Assembly: GCF_001447785.1 (NCBI RefSeq)
Contig: NW_015166542.1
Coordinates: 23,267 to 87,266 of the forward strand
Direction of reading: 5' to 3'
Length of the DNA: 64,000 bases
DNA from: Gekko japonicus
Lineage: Eukaryota
Positions 34,730-47,330 of this stretch are shown piece by piece. The first letter of the stretch is position 1, and every line of letters begins with the position of its first letter. The notes under the pieces were generated by a model. The model had not been told where the DNA came from, made no database searches, and saw only the letters and a program-made list of their open reading frames with translations. The position numbers were made by a program, and so were the translations under genes.

Positions 34730-35275
34730 ATAAAGTAGGAAGGGGCCCTAGAGGCCATCTAGTCCAGCCCCCTGCTCAGTGCAGGATCAGCCTAGAGCAT
34801 CCCTGGCAAGTGTTTGTCCAGCCGCTGCTTGAAGACTGCCAGGGAGGGGGAGGCTCACCACCTCCCCAGGCTGCCAATTCCACTTTTGCACAACTCTGTC
34901 AAGCTGGCCCCTTCCCGCCCTTGATTTAAACTCATCATTCTGAGTCCTCTTGTCTGCTGCCAACAGGAACAGCTCCCGGCCCTCCTCTGGGTGACAGCCC
35001 TTCAGATACTTAAAAGACAGCAACCCGACCCCCAATAGCCTCCTCCAGACTGAACATTCCCAAGAAGTCCCTCAGCCTTTCCTCGTAGGCCGTCTTGGTC
35101 TCCAGGCCCCTGATCATCCTCGTCGCTCCCCTCTGCACCCGCTCCATTCTTTTAGAGGTGAGGCCTCCAGAACTGCACACAATACTCCAGGTGCAGCCAG
35201 ACCAATGCAGTGTGCAGCGGGACTATGACGTCTTGTGATCGCGTTAGCCTTTTTTGCTGCTGCATCACTGACTGA
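34730..35275 (-). mobile_element. CR1 3' fragment (degenerate)
   Basis: LHLEYCVQFWRPHL and FKYLKGCH motifs plus terminus. Confidence 0.75.
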
Positions 35276-35532
35276 TGAGGGGAGATGTACCTCTGCCTGG
35301 GCTTCCCTCTCACACTCAAAGCCCCAGTCCCCGTCCCCCCCCCTTGAAGGGCTCTGTTTAACTGGCTTCTATGGAGGCAGAGATTTCCTTCTATGGAGGC
35401 AGAGATTTGCCCACAGGGTGCTGCAAGCAAAGCCGTAGCCCCCCCAACACCAACACCCCCGGGCCCAGGGGCTCTGCAGCTGCTCCCCCGGCCCCTCACA
35501 AGCAGCCTCCAGTCAGTTCCAGTCCTTTGCTC

Positions 35533-35538
35533 TTTATT
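35533..35538 (-). terminator. TNNC2 polyadenylation signal
   Basis: tttatt on + strand ~185 nt past the stop. Confidence 0.65.
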
Positions 35539-35722
35539 GAAGTGCTTATAAACAGAGTTGCGGGAGGAAGGAAGTCCTCAGAGGAGCTGAAATGGAATCT
35601 CCAATCTGGAGCAAGCTGGCCCAGAAGTGGGGGATCGGGGGGGGGCAAGGCAGGGGGGGGCTGGCGGAGGGGCGAGAGAGAGCCGGCCGCTGCCACCACC
35701 CTTGCAGGAATGTCCAGGCGCT

Positions 35723-38700
35723 TTACTGCACACCCTCCATCATCTTCAGGAACTCTGTGGAGAGAAGGAAGCCGTGGTGAGCCCCAGGACAGGGCTGGGC
35801 AAAAGAGCCCATGCTTCCCCTCACTGTTGGGAGCCGAGCACGAGCGGGCAAGCCCCCCCCCCCAATACTTGGGACCCACAACCAATGCTCCCTCTAAGCT
35901 GTGGAGTCTTGTGAGCGAAAATTCTACTTGGTAAGCTACTGGCATTACAGTTGTGAGCGAGTGATTTGGCCGCTGCATACATTAGTGTGCTCTGGAGCCC
36001 TCCTTCCTGAGCGAAGACAAAAATGTGTGAGCCGGAGGCTAAGAAACTCTGAGCTAGCTCACACTAACTCAGCTTAGAGGGAACGTCATTTCGTAGATAA
36101 AGAGGTGCAGGAGCTCATTTGCATAACTCATTTGCATATGACACACCCCCTGACATCACCGGAAGTGTGTCAGAAGGCAACACCCACCGCTCAGGCTCCA
36201 CTGGACTGTTTCGGATGGCTAGCTATTGGGGGAGGGGGGGATGTGCAGATCTGTCATCACAGAGGAGGGAGACCTTGTACCTGAATAAAACTTGGCCTTA
36301 AAGGTGCCATTGGACTGTTTTGGACCTGTTGGCTCTGCAACTTACCTGGCTGCTTCTTGCTCTGACTGAGGGCTGCTGGGAGTGGGGGGTGGAGCTTGTT
36401 TATGTGCCCGCCCCCTGGGCTCTTTACTGCCGGAGCTCCACTCATGTGTGGTCCTGCAGAAATGATCCCTGCCCACAACCCAAGTGACCCTGGGGCACCT
36501 GCAGCTGGAGCTCCTGAGCCAAGGGGGGGGCATGGGTTCTGGGCTCTAGACCCCCACAAGGCCCCCGGGGATGAAAGGAATATACTGGGATGGATTAGAT
36601 TTATATTCTACGATGGTGGATGGAAAGTCCCGTCGAGTCTCAGCCAACTTGTAGGGCTCCAAGGCAAGAGATGGAACCGGTGGCTTGCTGCTGCCTGCCT
36701 CTGCGTCACAACCCTGGACTTCCTTGGTGGTCTTCCATCCACTGACTCACCAGGGCCGACCCTGCTTAGCTTCTGAGATCTGAGGAGACGGGGTTAGCCT
36801 GGACCGTTCAGGTCCCGTCACGAGATGGAAGTGGCGTTTGCCATGGCCTGCCTCTGCCTAGCAACCCTGACTTTCCTCGGTGGTAAGTCTGCACCTCGTC
36901 TGTTTCTCCTGGGGGCCCACAAGACGCCCTCCGGCGTCGGCCGAGAGCCCCCCGGGCCATGGGGCCAGGTTGCAAGAAGGGTGTGGGGTCTCAGCGCTGG
37001 GCCACAAAAGCCCCTTCACCCACCATCAAAGTCGATCCGGCCGTCGTTGTTTTTGTCTCCGTCTTTCATGAGCCAGTCGATCTCTTCCTCGCTGACCGTC
37101 TCGCCAGACGCCCGGAAGATCTCAATCAGCTCCTCCGCGTCCAGGTAGCCGTCTGCGTTCCTGGCGGGGCGGGAGGAGGAGAGGGCAGAAGGTGAGGAAG
37201 GGGGCCTTGAGCTTTTCTTGGCCTGCTGATCGGGGAAGCGGCGGTGGGGGGGGGGGGTCCTCACTGTGACTGCCTTTCCTTGGGCCTGTCTGCCCAGCCT
37301 GGACTGGCACATTATCTGGTCAGGCTGGTCTCCGTGCAGAAGTGTGTGGGGGGGGGGGGGTTGCTTTCCCTGGCAAGCCAAGGGCTTTGTCCATACGTAT
37401 GTGGCTCCCTGCGTGTGACCCACCGTTGTATATTGCCCAGCTTGACCCACGGGGCGGACTTGGGCCTGCCGGACCCCCTCTAGCAGCCTATGCTGTGTTC
37501 TTAGTACAGATGTGCTCTGCAAAGGAGCCCTTGCCAAGCAGAGAGGCACCCCAAAGGGCAGCTCTTCAGGAAAGGGGAACAGTTCACTTTTTCAACCTCA
37601 CTTTAACGGGCGGGGGGGGTTGTGTGTGCTCCGCCTTGGCTCTGTGGCAGAAAGCAGGGGCTGGGCAGAGGCCGGAGAGGAGCCGGGGTAGAGGGTGGAG
37701 GTCAAAGATTCCTGCCTGTGGTACAGCAAGGCTATATAAAGGCCCGCTGCAGAGACCCCCGGCATCCCTGGAGCCCGGCCAAGCCCTTCTTGCCTTGCCA
37801 GTCTGAGATCAGGCTGGGGCCAGGAGTGTGTTGTGCTGCCTTTGGAAGAATGTCTCCTCCTCCTCCTCCTTGGTGGGGGCGTGTGTGTGCTCTAAATATC
37901 CCTAAATTCCAAAGGGGAATCCTGTTCCCGGAGGGAGGGAGGGAGGGGCCCGAGCCAGGCCTCACCTGTCGAAGATGCGGAAGCACTCGGCCAGCTCTTC
38001 CTCGGACTTTCCTTTGGCATCCTCTTTCATCTGGCGCACCATCATGACCAAGAACTCCTCAAAGTCGATGGTGCCGCTGCCTGCAGGGAAGGGAAGGGCC
38101 GGGGGGGGGTCAGGCATTGCCCCCCCTCACCCCCTATGTGGTTCCCTCCCTCCCTCGACACCCACCCCCCAACACCAGCACGGCTTCCTACCATCCTCGT
38201 CCACCTCCTCGATGATGGCGTCCAGCTCTTCCTTGGTGGGCGTCTGGCCCAGCATCCTCATGACGGTGCCCAGCTCCTTGGTGCTGATGTCCCCGCCCCC
38301 GTCAGCATCAAACATGTCGAAGGCGGCTTTGAACTCTGCGACAGGCGGGACAGGGAGCGCGGGGTTAGCTGGGGAGCGGATGCGGAAAGCAGCCCCACGA
38401 AGGAAGGCCGCGCGCTTCTTAAACCGCCAGTGGGCCGGCATGAACCCCACCCGCTGGCGGTGACGGAAAGGGCAAGGGATCATTGGCCAGATGTCCCGGG
38501 ACCCACAGTCTGAAGAGGATTCAGGTTCCCCATGGTCCATACGGGTCACAGCCTGGGGATGCCAGCCTCCAGGTGGGACCTGGAGATCCCCTGGAATTAC
38601 AGCTCACCTCCAGGCTGCAGGGGCCGGTTCCCCTAGGAGGGTGGGCTCTGTGGCACCGTGCCCCACTGCGGTCCCTGCCCTCCCCGAGCCAGGAATTCCC

Positions 38701-41406
38701 CCACCCTGGATCTGGGAACCCCAGTCGGAGCCCACGCAGTCGGGGCAGGGCATCCGCACACACAACCCCGGCTTTGGCAGCTGGCCGTTTCCTGGGGACC
38801 CGCAGTGGTTCGAGGGGCAGCTGGGTGCCGTCTGTTTGGGTCGCGCGCAGGGGAGCCATTCTCGTCCAGGTAAGCCCCAACCAAATGGGACTTGTGGGTC
38901 TCGATTGCTCTGCCTCCCATTCGAACCGGAGATCGGGGGGGGGCACCAGGTGATGATTTCACGCACACACGCCACCCCCAAACTCACCGGCAATCATTTC
39001 CTCAGTGAGGAAGGACCGGGCCTCGGCCTGCTGGTCCGTCTGCAAGGCAAGTAAAGGGAGTCACTGCCTGGCCCGGCCTGAGGAAGGCGCTCAACGGAGC
39101 TCTGCCCTACACCTGCTTCCTCTCCCTCCAGCCCAGGCACTTCGGGGGGGGGGACGCTGGGGGCATCTCCCAGGACTCAGTTCCGGCATCACACAAATGC
39201 CAGCCCCCGATCAATCCCCCCCCCACTCAACAAGGCTGCCTCCAGACCCTTTCCCCTCATTCCTGCCGCCCCCCTGCCCCTTCGCTCTGGCCACATGCAA
39301 GGGGATGCAGTGGATCGGGGCCTTCCTTCCGTCCTCTCCCTCCCTTCCCACACAGGTTCCTGCTGCAGGTACGGTCGCCAGCTTCCAGGTGGGGCCTGGC
39401 CCGTCTCCCGGATTTACAGCCAATCTCCAGAGAAATGGCTGTTTTGGAGGGGGGACTCCGGCCCTGCACCCCGGGCTTCACCCCCAAAACCTCAGAATCA
39501 GAGAATCACACAGACTTGGAAGGGAACCCTACAGGCCACCTAGTCCAGCCCCCGGCTCAGTGCAGGATCAGCCTAGAGCACCCCCCCGACGAGTGTGTGT
39601 CCAGCCGCTGCTTCAAGACGGCCAGGGAGGGGAAGCTCACCACCACCTCCCCAGGCAGCCCAGCCGACTCCACTGGGGCACAACTCTGTCAAAAAGGTTT
39701 TCCCTAACATCCAGCCGGTCCCTTCCCATCCTTCATTTAAGCCCGTGATTGTGAGCCCTCTCCTCCGCTGCCCACAAGAACAGCTCCCTGCCCTCTAAGG
39801 GACAGCCCTTCAAATCAGGACCACATCCGCCATTCCAAAGGAGTTGCAAAAGTGTGCTCTGCACACGGAAGCTCATGCCTCGAAGAAACCTTTGTCGGCC
39901 TTAAAGGTCCAGCTGGACTCTAAAGTGGCTCTGGCCCTTCAAAGACTTCCAAGAGAGGAACCCTGTGCCCCCCCCCCTCTTCTCCAGACTAAACCTTCCC
40001 AAGTCCCTCTGCCTTTCCTCAGAGGGCTGCTTGGTCTCCAGGCCCCCAGTTGTCTCTGCACCCGCTCCGTTCAAGGATTTCCCAGCCCAGAACTGGCAAT
40101 TCTCGGGGTTCAGGGAGGTTATGTGGAGAAGATGGGGCTGTATCGGGCCTGAGGAACTGAACCCCCTTCCCACATTTGTGGCAGGCCTGAGCGCGCCCCC
40201 CCCGCCCCCCGTAACAGTCAGCTGCCTTCTACCTGGTCCGACATGGTGGCTCTTGTCTACTCGGGCCGGCAGCGGCTCTCCGGGGTCTCGGGCAGAGAGA
40301 GGTCTTTCCTACCACTTGCCCACTCCTTTTAACGCGGACCTTCTGCATGCTCAGCAAGGGCTCTACCACTCCTCAGGTTTCTTGCTGAGCAGCGCCTCCA
40401 GAAGACAGGAATGCAAAAGGCACCCTGAGTCGCCCTGGTGGACGGGAAGGCCTTCCCCAGTTGCCAGGGTCTCCAGGCTGGGGAGGGGGCCACGCCGTCC
40501 GTCCGTCCGTCCATCCTCCGGCCATGGATTTCTGAGACTGTGGTCCTCCCTGTCCCCTGTGGCCCAGTTTCCAGGGGCTTCTCTCTCCCCCCCTGGATGC
40601 CATTGTTGGTGGAGGTCTAGGGGGGTCGGTGCAGGAGCCTTCTCGGCCCTGGGCTATTCTTAGCCGCGCCCGTGTCCTCCTTCTAGGGAGCGCAGTGGCT
40701 GGCGGCCAGCTGCCCCAGCACCTGTTGCTCTCGGATCGAGTTCCTCCTCCGAGTGGGTGCCCAGAGCTCAGGGCCAGGGAGGCTGCCGACGGATCCTTGT
40801 GACCAGCGGCTCAGTTTTCCACACCGCCTGCTCTGGCCCAGGCCAGCGCCCCTCTCCCGAGCCGCCCCTCATCCCTCCTAAAGGTCAGCTTAAGAAAGAC
40901 GGGCTCCCCTCCCCCAAACAGGAGACCGCTACCCAGGGTCCCAACAAAGGCTGCCTCAATCCCAGCCTTTCTCTACGACCCCCGGGGACCTTTCTAAAGC
41001 CATCCTCATCCACGTAGTCCTCTGGGAGAAAGCCTGCCAAGGGCTCTCTCTCTCTCTCAACGGTGGCGGCACTTTCTAGCTGAAGGCAGGGTCTTCCTCC
41101 CCGCCCCGCTGTCCTCCTCTGCCCGGCTCTCTTTCAGAGCACCAACTGAACCAGCAGCCCCTGCCAACGGGTCTCTCGTCTCGCCTGCCCGGCGGCCTCC
41201 CGCCGAGTGCCTCCACCAGGGCAGCGCTGCTGATTCTCCGCTTCCTTGCTCTGCCAATTCCAGGGCTGGCCACCTGACCCATCCCTCATTCTGCCTGTCC
41301 ATGTTTGGCAGCTCTGGGACAGGCCATCCCCGGTACCCTCTCCAGAGTGTAACAGGATCCTCAGCATCCCTGGCCCGTGCCCCGACCGACCGACCGCGCT
41401 TACCAT
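35723..41406 (-). CDS. TNNC2: Troponin C, fast skeletal; exons 41404-41406 (ATG), 38988-39039, 38192-38335, 37966-38080, 37024-37160, 35723-35754
   Basis: [41 protein letters not shown].../[50 protein letters not shown]...[21 protein letters not shown]; four EF-hands, canonical splice sites; exon 1 is gccaacATG|gtaag. Confidence 0.97.
35883..36084. mobile_element. Family-A MITE abutting a family-B MITE
   Basis: TIR caatgctccctctaagctg; right end joins gtcatttcgtaga of family B. Confidence 0.8.
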
Positions 41407-41489
41407 GTTGGCAGGTAACCCCCTGCAGCGACCTGCCGAGAGAGAACCACCACCACCACTGCCCGCTCCGGTCCTCGCAGGTGCCAAAA

Positions 41490-41760
41490 GTTTCTCCGCG
41501 GCTTCTGGCTCGCCAATTTGTATTCAGGGTGGACATCAAGGGAGGCCGCTTGCTGAATGGCCAATCGCCACCTCCCTTGTCTCTTCATTGGACAAGGGGC
41601 CATTTTACCAAATTTAGCCAGGCCGGTGGGGGGAGGAGAAAGTCACAAAGAGAAACCCGAGCCCTCCAGAGGTGGTGGCCATGGACTGAGGGCGGGCTTC
41701 TCCCCGAGACGGGCAGGGACCACCTGTCTCACGCCAGCAGGCAGAGAGTTAAAAATAGGA
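41490..41760 (-). promoter_or_regulatory. TNNC2 proximal promoter
   Basis: TACAAAT TATA-like on minus (~41516-41522), CCAAT motifs ~41560-41590, E-box CACCTG at 41721, MEF2 consensus TTAAAAATAG at 41749-41758. Confidence 0.6.
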
Positions 41761-43823
41761 TGAAGACAAAGCTGCTCTCTCTTGGGGGTGTTCCCCCCCC
41801 CACTTTCCCCCTCGCTGACCACAGAGCAGGAGCTGCCAAAGGACCCCCCCCCCTTGCTGCCAGCTTGCCCTCTAAGGGGCTGGCCAGGGGCAGGCACCAT
41901 CTTCGGTACCCCTCCCTGCTCCTGATCAAACCCTGGCTTCTCTTATGTTCTTAATAAAGAGGAATTGGATAAGCATATGGAGCAGAGGTCCATCAGTGGC
42001 CCTTAGCTACGAGGTATAGATAGGAACTCTGCGGCAAGCAATGCTCTGTTATTCTTGGGGGGGGGCAACAGCGGGAGGGGGCTTCTAGTGTCCTGGCCCC
42101 ACTGATGGCACCGGGTATTTTTGGCCCCTGTGTGACACAGAGTGTTGGACTGGAGGGGCCATTGGCCTGATCCAACACTGGCTTCTCTTATGTTCTTATA
42201 AGAGGGAACTGGATAAACATATGGAGCAGAGGTCCATCAGGGGTTCTTAGCCATAAGGCATAGAGAGGAACTCTCGGGCAAGGGATGCTGTGTTATTCTT
42301 GGTGCTTGGGGGGGGGGGCAACAGTGGGAAGGCTTCTAGTGTCCTCTTGGTCCCAGTGCTGGACCTCCTGATGGCACCGGATACTTTTGGCCCGTGTGAC
42401 ACAGAAGAGTGTTGGACTGGATGGGCCACTGGCCTGATCCAGCACTGGCTCCTCTTATGTTCCTATGTTCACCCCCACCGCAGCTTCCTCTGCTCAATCA
42501 CCTTTCTCTGGGGACCAGTTTGGGGAGCCAGCTCTTGTTGACAGCAGGATCCAGTTTCTTCTGAGTCTGGCACTGCCTCCCCCGCCCCAGGAGACATTCC
42601 GGCCAGGGAGGGGGAAAAGAGTCTTGGGCAGGGGTCTTGTGGAAGGAGTGCAGCCCCTTCATCCCCCCCCCCCAATCCCCTGCACACCTGAGGCAAAGGA
42701 ATGGCTTGGCCACGGTCTCCTCTAGGATGAAAGGCAGGCGGGGGGGGGGGCTTTTCAGCGGCTGNNNNNNNNNNNNNNNNNNNNNNNNNNNNNNNNNNNN
42801 NNNNNNNNNNNNNNTTCCTGAGGAAGTTGCAAAGGCGGCCAGCGGGGACATCATTGCTAAATAAGGCAGAGGAGCGGCCGGCTCGGGTGGGGGAGGGACG
42901 GGGGTCTCCCTCCCCCAAGCTTAGAGCGTCCACATTGGGGGGGGGTACAAAGCACCCTTAGCAGAAGGGGACACCCCCAAAACCGTGTTGAAGGGATTCA
43001 CTGACGTTCCGGAACTGAAAAGGGTTCAGAGCTGTCAGACTTCCCCCCCCCCCCCCCCCCCCCCCGGCCTCACATTCCTAATTTATTTCGATCCTTATAG
43101 CCCCCTCCCCCTCCCGGTGGGCTCTCAAAGCCATTGGCTGGCAGCGCAGCCTTTCTCGTCTCCAGGTGATCCTCATAACAACCCTGCCAGGTAGGCTGAG
43201 CCGAGTCACCCAACGTGGAGTCAGACCTGGAGCCTCTCGGATCGAAGGTCCCAAAAGGCTTGTAAGTCTCCCCACCCACCCAGATATCTTGGGGACCACG
43301 GTCTCTCCTCGGGTTGCGGGAGCAGAACAGGGCATACTGGGATCCGGCTGGCAAAAAGGTCGCTGGCCAGGAAGAGCTACCGAGGGACAGCAGCCCCTGG
43401 CGGGGAAGATGCACTCTGCACTTGCTCAGACGCCCCTCTCCGATGCTGACCTTCCGCTCACGAGCTCACTCCTAGCTTTCCCAGAGCCCCATCCAGTCCT
43501 TGGGTCAGCATGTGAATGGGAGGGGAAAGATGAGCTCACAGGTTTTCCATGCCTGATACTCCCTCTTCTGTGCACAACCCACCACCCCCCGGGGAGGGAA
43601 GGTTTCCCCCTGGGCAGGGAGGCACACAGCGGTCAGACGGTCCCTGGGGGACCACAGGGCTGGTTGTGGCCGGCGGTCGTCCGACCACGGCGCCTGGCTC
43701 CAGGGACCAAGTCTCCAGAGCTTCAGGAAGCGGAGCAAGAGGGGGACGTGGACTGGAGACAAGGGGAGGAGGATCCGCCCTTCACTACCCAAAGGAGTCT
43801 CGGAGCAGCTTACAGTCCCTTTC

Positions 43824-44234
43824 TGTTGGGTGATAGTGAGATATTGGAAAAAACGGTATTTAGCAGAGATAAGATGATCCAGCAGAGCCTGAGTAAAATA
43901 ATTCAGACTGAGAGTCCATGTTGTGATTAAAATATAAAGTTTTTACTAAATTCTAGCACGGGAAGGGTAACTGGGATGAAAATAACAACAGGGCATAATC
44001 GGCTACATCCTTACTCTACAAAGACAAAACTAGAAGAGAGAGATTATGGCTGCTCTTCTTCTTCTTCTTCAGAACACCAAACAAAGACGGGAAGAGGAGC
44101 CATAAAATGGTAATACACCTTGGCACTTTAGTCCCAATCAAATCCCTAGATCAGGGAGAAAATCCCCGGGCATTCTACATCTAAAGAACATTGGTTACAT
44201 GAGAAACATTTAACCCCAGATATACTGAGTGTTT
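43824..44234 (-). mobile_element. Probable solo LTR
   Basis: TGTTGGGT...ACCCAACA inverted termini, ~410 bp, AT-rich, AGTAAA on minus; TSD not evident. Confidence 0.5.
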
Positions 44235-44806
44235 TCAACTTGTAATACCCAACAATGATCTTTCTGACTGAGGAAGCTTCCTACAGCGACCATCTGTTAT
44301 GATGATCCCGAATCACCAAAAACCGCTCTGAAGTCCCTGGCTACCATCAGCGGAGTTACATATATTTGGAGCAGTCCAAATGTACAATGCTAAAAACCTA
44401 GCAGGAATTAACAATGCTGTGTTTACAACCAGAGCTTACACTCTCCCTTCCCTTCAGATTAAAACACCGGAGTTACAGATCGGGCACAAAAAAGAAGAAT
44501 AGCTACACCAAGAGTAAAACCATGGCCCAACCCAGAGGACGTAGCCATCATCGACCCCCTATTTCCAAAGCTAGGAAGGAAGGCACAACCCAAACTTCTG
44601 AGCAGGAGGAATTACATTGGGGTGAGGACCTCAGGCACTAACAGGCTAACTGCAGCCTAAACAATATTCTGTACAGCAAATCCGCCCCCGCCCCTCTCTT
44701 TGGATAGATTGGACCAGAATAAAGCAGAAGTCCAATGGCACCTCAAAGACAAAGTGATGCTCTGTCTTCTTGGGGTATGGGGAAACAGTGGGAGGGCTTC
44801 TAATGT

Positions 44807-45328
44807 CCTGGCCCCACTGGTGGACCTCCTGAGGGCACCTGGTCTTTCTGGCCACTGTGTGACACAGAGTGCTGGACTGGAGGAGCCTTTGGCCAGATCC
44901 AACATTGGCGTCTCTTATGTTCTTATGTACTAAAGACATTTATGTCCAAAGTTGCAATTTCATTTTTTTGTTGCATTGTTTTGCTGTATGTATTATACAG
45001 GGTTGTGTTTGTTTGTTTTTTAAATGTATTGTTCTCCCACTGAGACATCTTGTTGGGTGTTTCCAACCCTGGCCCCACTGGTGGACCTCCTGAGGGCACC
45101 TGGTCTTTCTGGCCACTGTGTGACACAGAGTGCTGGACTGGAGGAGCCTTTGGCCAGATCCAACATTGGCGTCTCTTATGTTCTTATGTACTAAAGACAT
45201 TTATGTCCAAAGTTGCAATTTCATTTTTTTGTTGCATTGTTTTGCTGTATGTATTATACAGGGTTGTGTTTGTTTGTTTTTTAAATGTATTGTTCTCCCA
45301 CTGAGACATCTTGTTGGGTGTTTCCAAC
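44807..45328. repeat. 261-bp tandem duplication including the left tip of the DIRS element
   Basis: 44807-45067 repeated at 45068-45328; duplicated ORF peptides in the track. Confidence 0.9.
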
Positions 45329-45610
45329 CCCTTCGTTAGGGAGGCAGGAACCAAATTTCACTTCCTGCCCTCTAGGTGGCCTTGCTCCTTAGTTCCAGTT
45401 TCGTTCCTGTCTCTAAAGGGAGTGCAGCACTTTATTAGCACTCGTGCATTTTTCTTCAAAAAACCTTGCTACCTAGCCATTTTTCTACCTTTTCGTCTCT
45501 CCTTTTGCCTTTATTTTAGCCTCACCCTCTCCCTGCCCGATTTCTGTTTTCGCTTCACCTCTACTTCAATCTCCTCCTTTACTTTCCCCCACCGACGCTC
45601 CGACTGGGGC

Positions 45611-47215
45611 ATGTCGGATCGGGAAGACTCGGACAGCTTCTTTTCTGACTCAGAACGGGGAGACGTCCTCATGCCGGCACAAGAAGAACCTTGGAGAGAA
45701 AATGAGGGCTCCCACTCCCACTCCACCAAAGCGCGCACCGCAGAATCTAAGGAGAAACGGGCCAAAAAGCGCCACCAATCTCCACCTCCTGAACACGAGG
45801 CGGGCGCCATTTTAAAACGAGCGCATAAATCACGAACCCCGGAGGAGACCGGGAGAGGCTGCGGGGCGGCTGTCGCCACTTCCATAAGCCAGGACATGCG
45901 CTCCGATTTATGCATGGAAATCCCTTGCGCACAAGGAACCGGAATTGGGCGTGTTTCTCAGACAGAATCTACTCCCGACATAACAGTGAGTAACTCCGGC
46001 AAAGACGCGAGTGGGATACTAACGCCTGAGGTAATGCAATTCCTCAGACAAGCCATGAGGGAGGAGGTGGCCACCATTCATCGCGTTCCCCCCCCACAGG
46101 CCTTTTGCTCAGTGCATCCCCATATGCATGCTGGCCACTGTACTCAGGACACCATGATAGACCCATACCTCGAGTCTGAGAGACCACGCAGGCCAACTAA
46201 GGCAGCCAGAAAGGAACATCATTGTTCTAGTAAGGAAGACATAGCTAGTGAAGTAGAGGACAGAGAAGAGGGAGAATTTTTCTCTGATGAGGAGGGGGAA
46301 GAAGAGGAGATGGAGGTTCCTGAGCCCTCAATGAGATTTTTTAAACAAGAGGACTACTCATACCTCATAAAAAAGACTATGTCAGCCCTAGATCTCATTC
46401 CCAAACCAAAATCAGAGGGCATTGACAATTCAACACAATCAGATGAGTCTAGACCCAGGGGCAGCAAAGACTATTTTCCCAGAACCCCGGGTTTTGAAAA
46501 GGTTTTTCCTTTTCCTGAGTTTCTGGAGAAACAACTAGTAAAGGAATGGGCTAAACCTATGGCAAATAAGCAATGCCCTAACAATATTAAAAAGCTGTAT
46601 ACCTTACCTAACTTTACTGACAAGCTCTTACAGGTCCCCCTCGTGGATGCACCTATTGCAGCACTTCAAACGTCTGGCCTCCTTTCAGAGGACGGAGAAG
46701 GTTCAGTCAAAAACTCCCTGGACCGGAAAGCAGACTTCGCACTACGAAAGGCCCATGAAGCCACAGCAATGGCCATCAGAGCAGCAGCCACGGCTACAGT
46801 GGTGGCCAGAGCCTCCATTGCCTGGTCCAAAAAGTTGATCCAACTCATTCCAGAATCTAACAAAAGAATGGCTGAGGGTGCCAATAGACTACTGCAGGCC
46901 TCTTCATTCTCCGCTGACGCCACATTAGATGCGATGGTATTTTCTTCCAGAGCTCTAACTTCTACAGCCGCGGCTCGAAGAACACTATGGTTAAGGGCCT
47001 GGCAAGCTGACCTACATGCAAAAGGCCTCGTTGCAGCATATCCTTTCCAAGGAGACAGGCTTTTCGGCGACGCCTTGGACAAAGTCCTTATTGAGACAAG
47101 GGACAAGAAGAAAGCTATGCCAAGATCGTTAGGAAGATCAGACCGCAGGGGCCCAACGAATTTCTCCTTTCGAGCCCAGAGGTCGCCCTTTCATTTTAAC
47201 AGGGAGGGCAGATGA
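45611..47215 (+). CDS. DIRS ORF1 gag-like (LAP2alpha-type) protein, 534 aa open from ATG 45611
   Basis: ...LLQVPLVDAPIAAL...LDRKADFALRK...AARRTLWLRAWQAD...PFQGDRLFGDALD, typical of vertebrate DIRS1 ORF1. Confidence 0.8.
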   Translation: MSDREDSDSFFSDSERGDVLMPAQEEPWRENEGSHSHSTKARTAESKEKRAKKRHQSPPPEHEAGAILKRAHKSRTPEETGRGCGAAVATSISQDMRSDLCMEIPCAQGTGIGRVSQTESTPDITVSNSGKDASGILTPEVMQFLRQAMREEVATIHRVPPPQAFCSVHPHMHAGHCTQDTMIDPYLESERPRRPTKAARKEHHCSSKEDIASEVEDREEGEFFSDEEGEEEEMEVPEPSMRFFKQEDYSYLIKKTMSALDLIPKPKSEGIDNSTQSDESRPRGSKDYFPRTPGFEKVFPFPEFLEKQLVKEWAKPMANKQCPNNIKKLYTLPNFTDKLLQVPLVDAPIAALQTSGLLSEDGEGSVKNSLDRKADFALRKAHEATAMAIRAAATATVVARASIAWSKKLIQLIPESNKRMAEGANRLLQASSFSADATLDAMVFSSRALTSTAAARRTLWLRAWQADLHAKGLVAAYPFQGDRLFGDALDKVLIETRDKKKAMPRSLGRSDRRGPTNFSFRAQRSPFHFNREGR

Positions 47216-47330
47216 CCTTCCTGGGGACCATCCAGACAATCCTTCAGAAGAGGTTCATTCTTCAACAGAACAGGCAGATCTTTCCCTCCCAGAGAGGACA
47301 AATCTGGCAGAGACTTCAAAAATACCAAGG

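Noticed and set aside
40233-40244. gccaccATGTCGGACCAG|gt as TNNC2 exon 1
   Set aside because: Lies in a degenerate SINE; ATG|gtaag at 41404-41406 has a better donor, promoter motifs and the conserved exon structure
45311-45610. N-terminal extension of the 634-aa DIRS ORF
   Set aside because: Non-ATG start running through the terminal repeat and pyrimidine-rich leader; first ATG is at 45611
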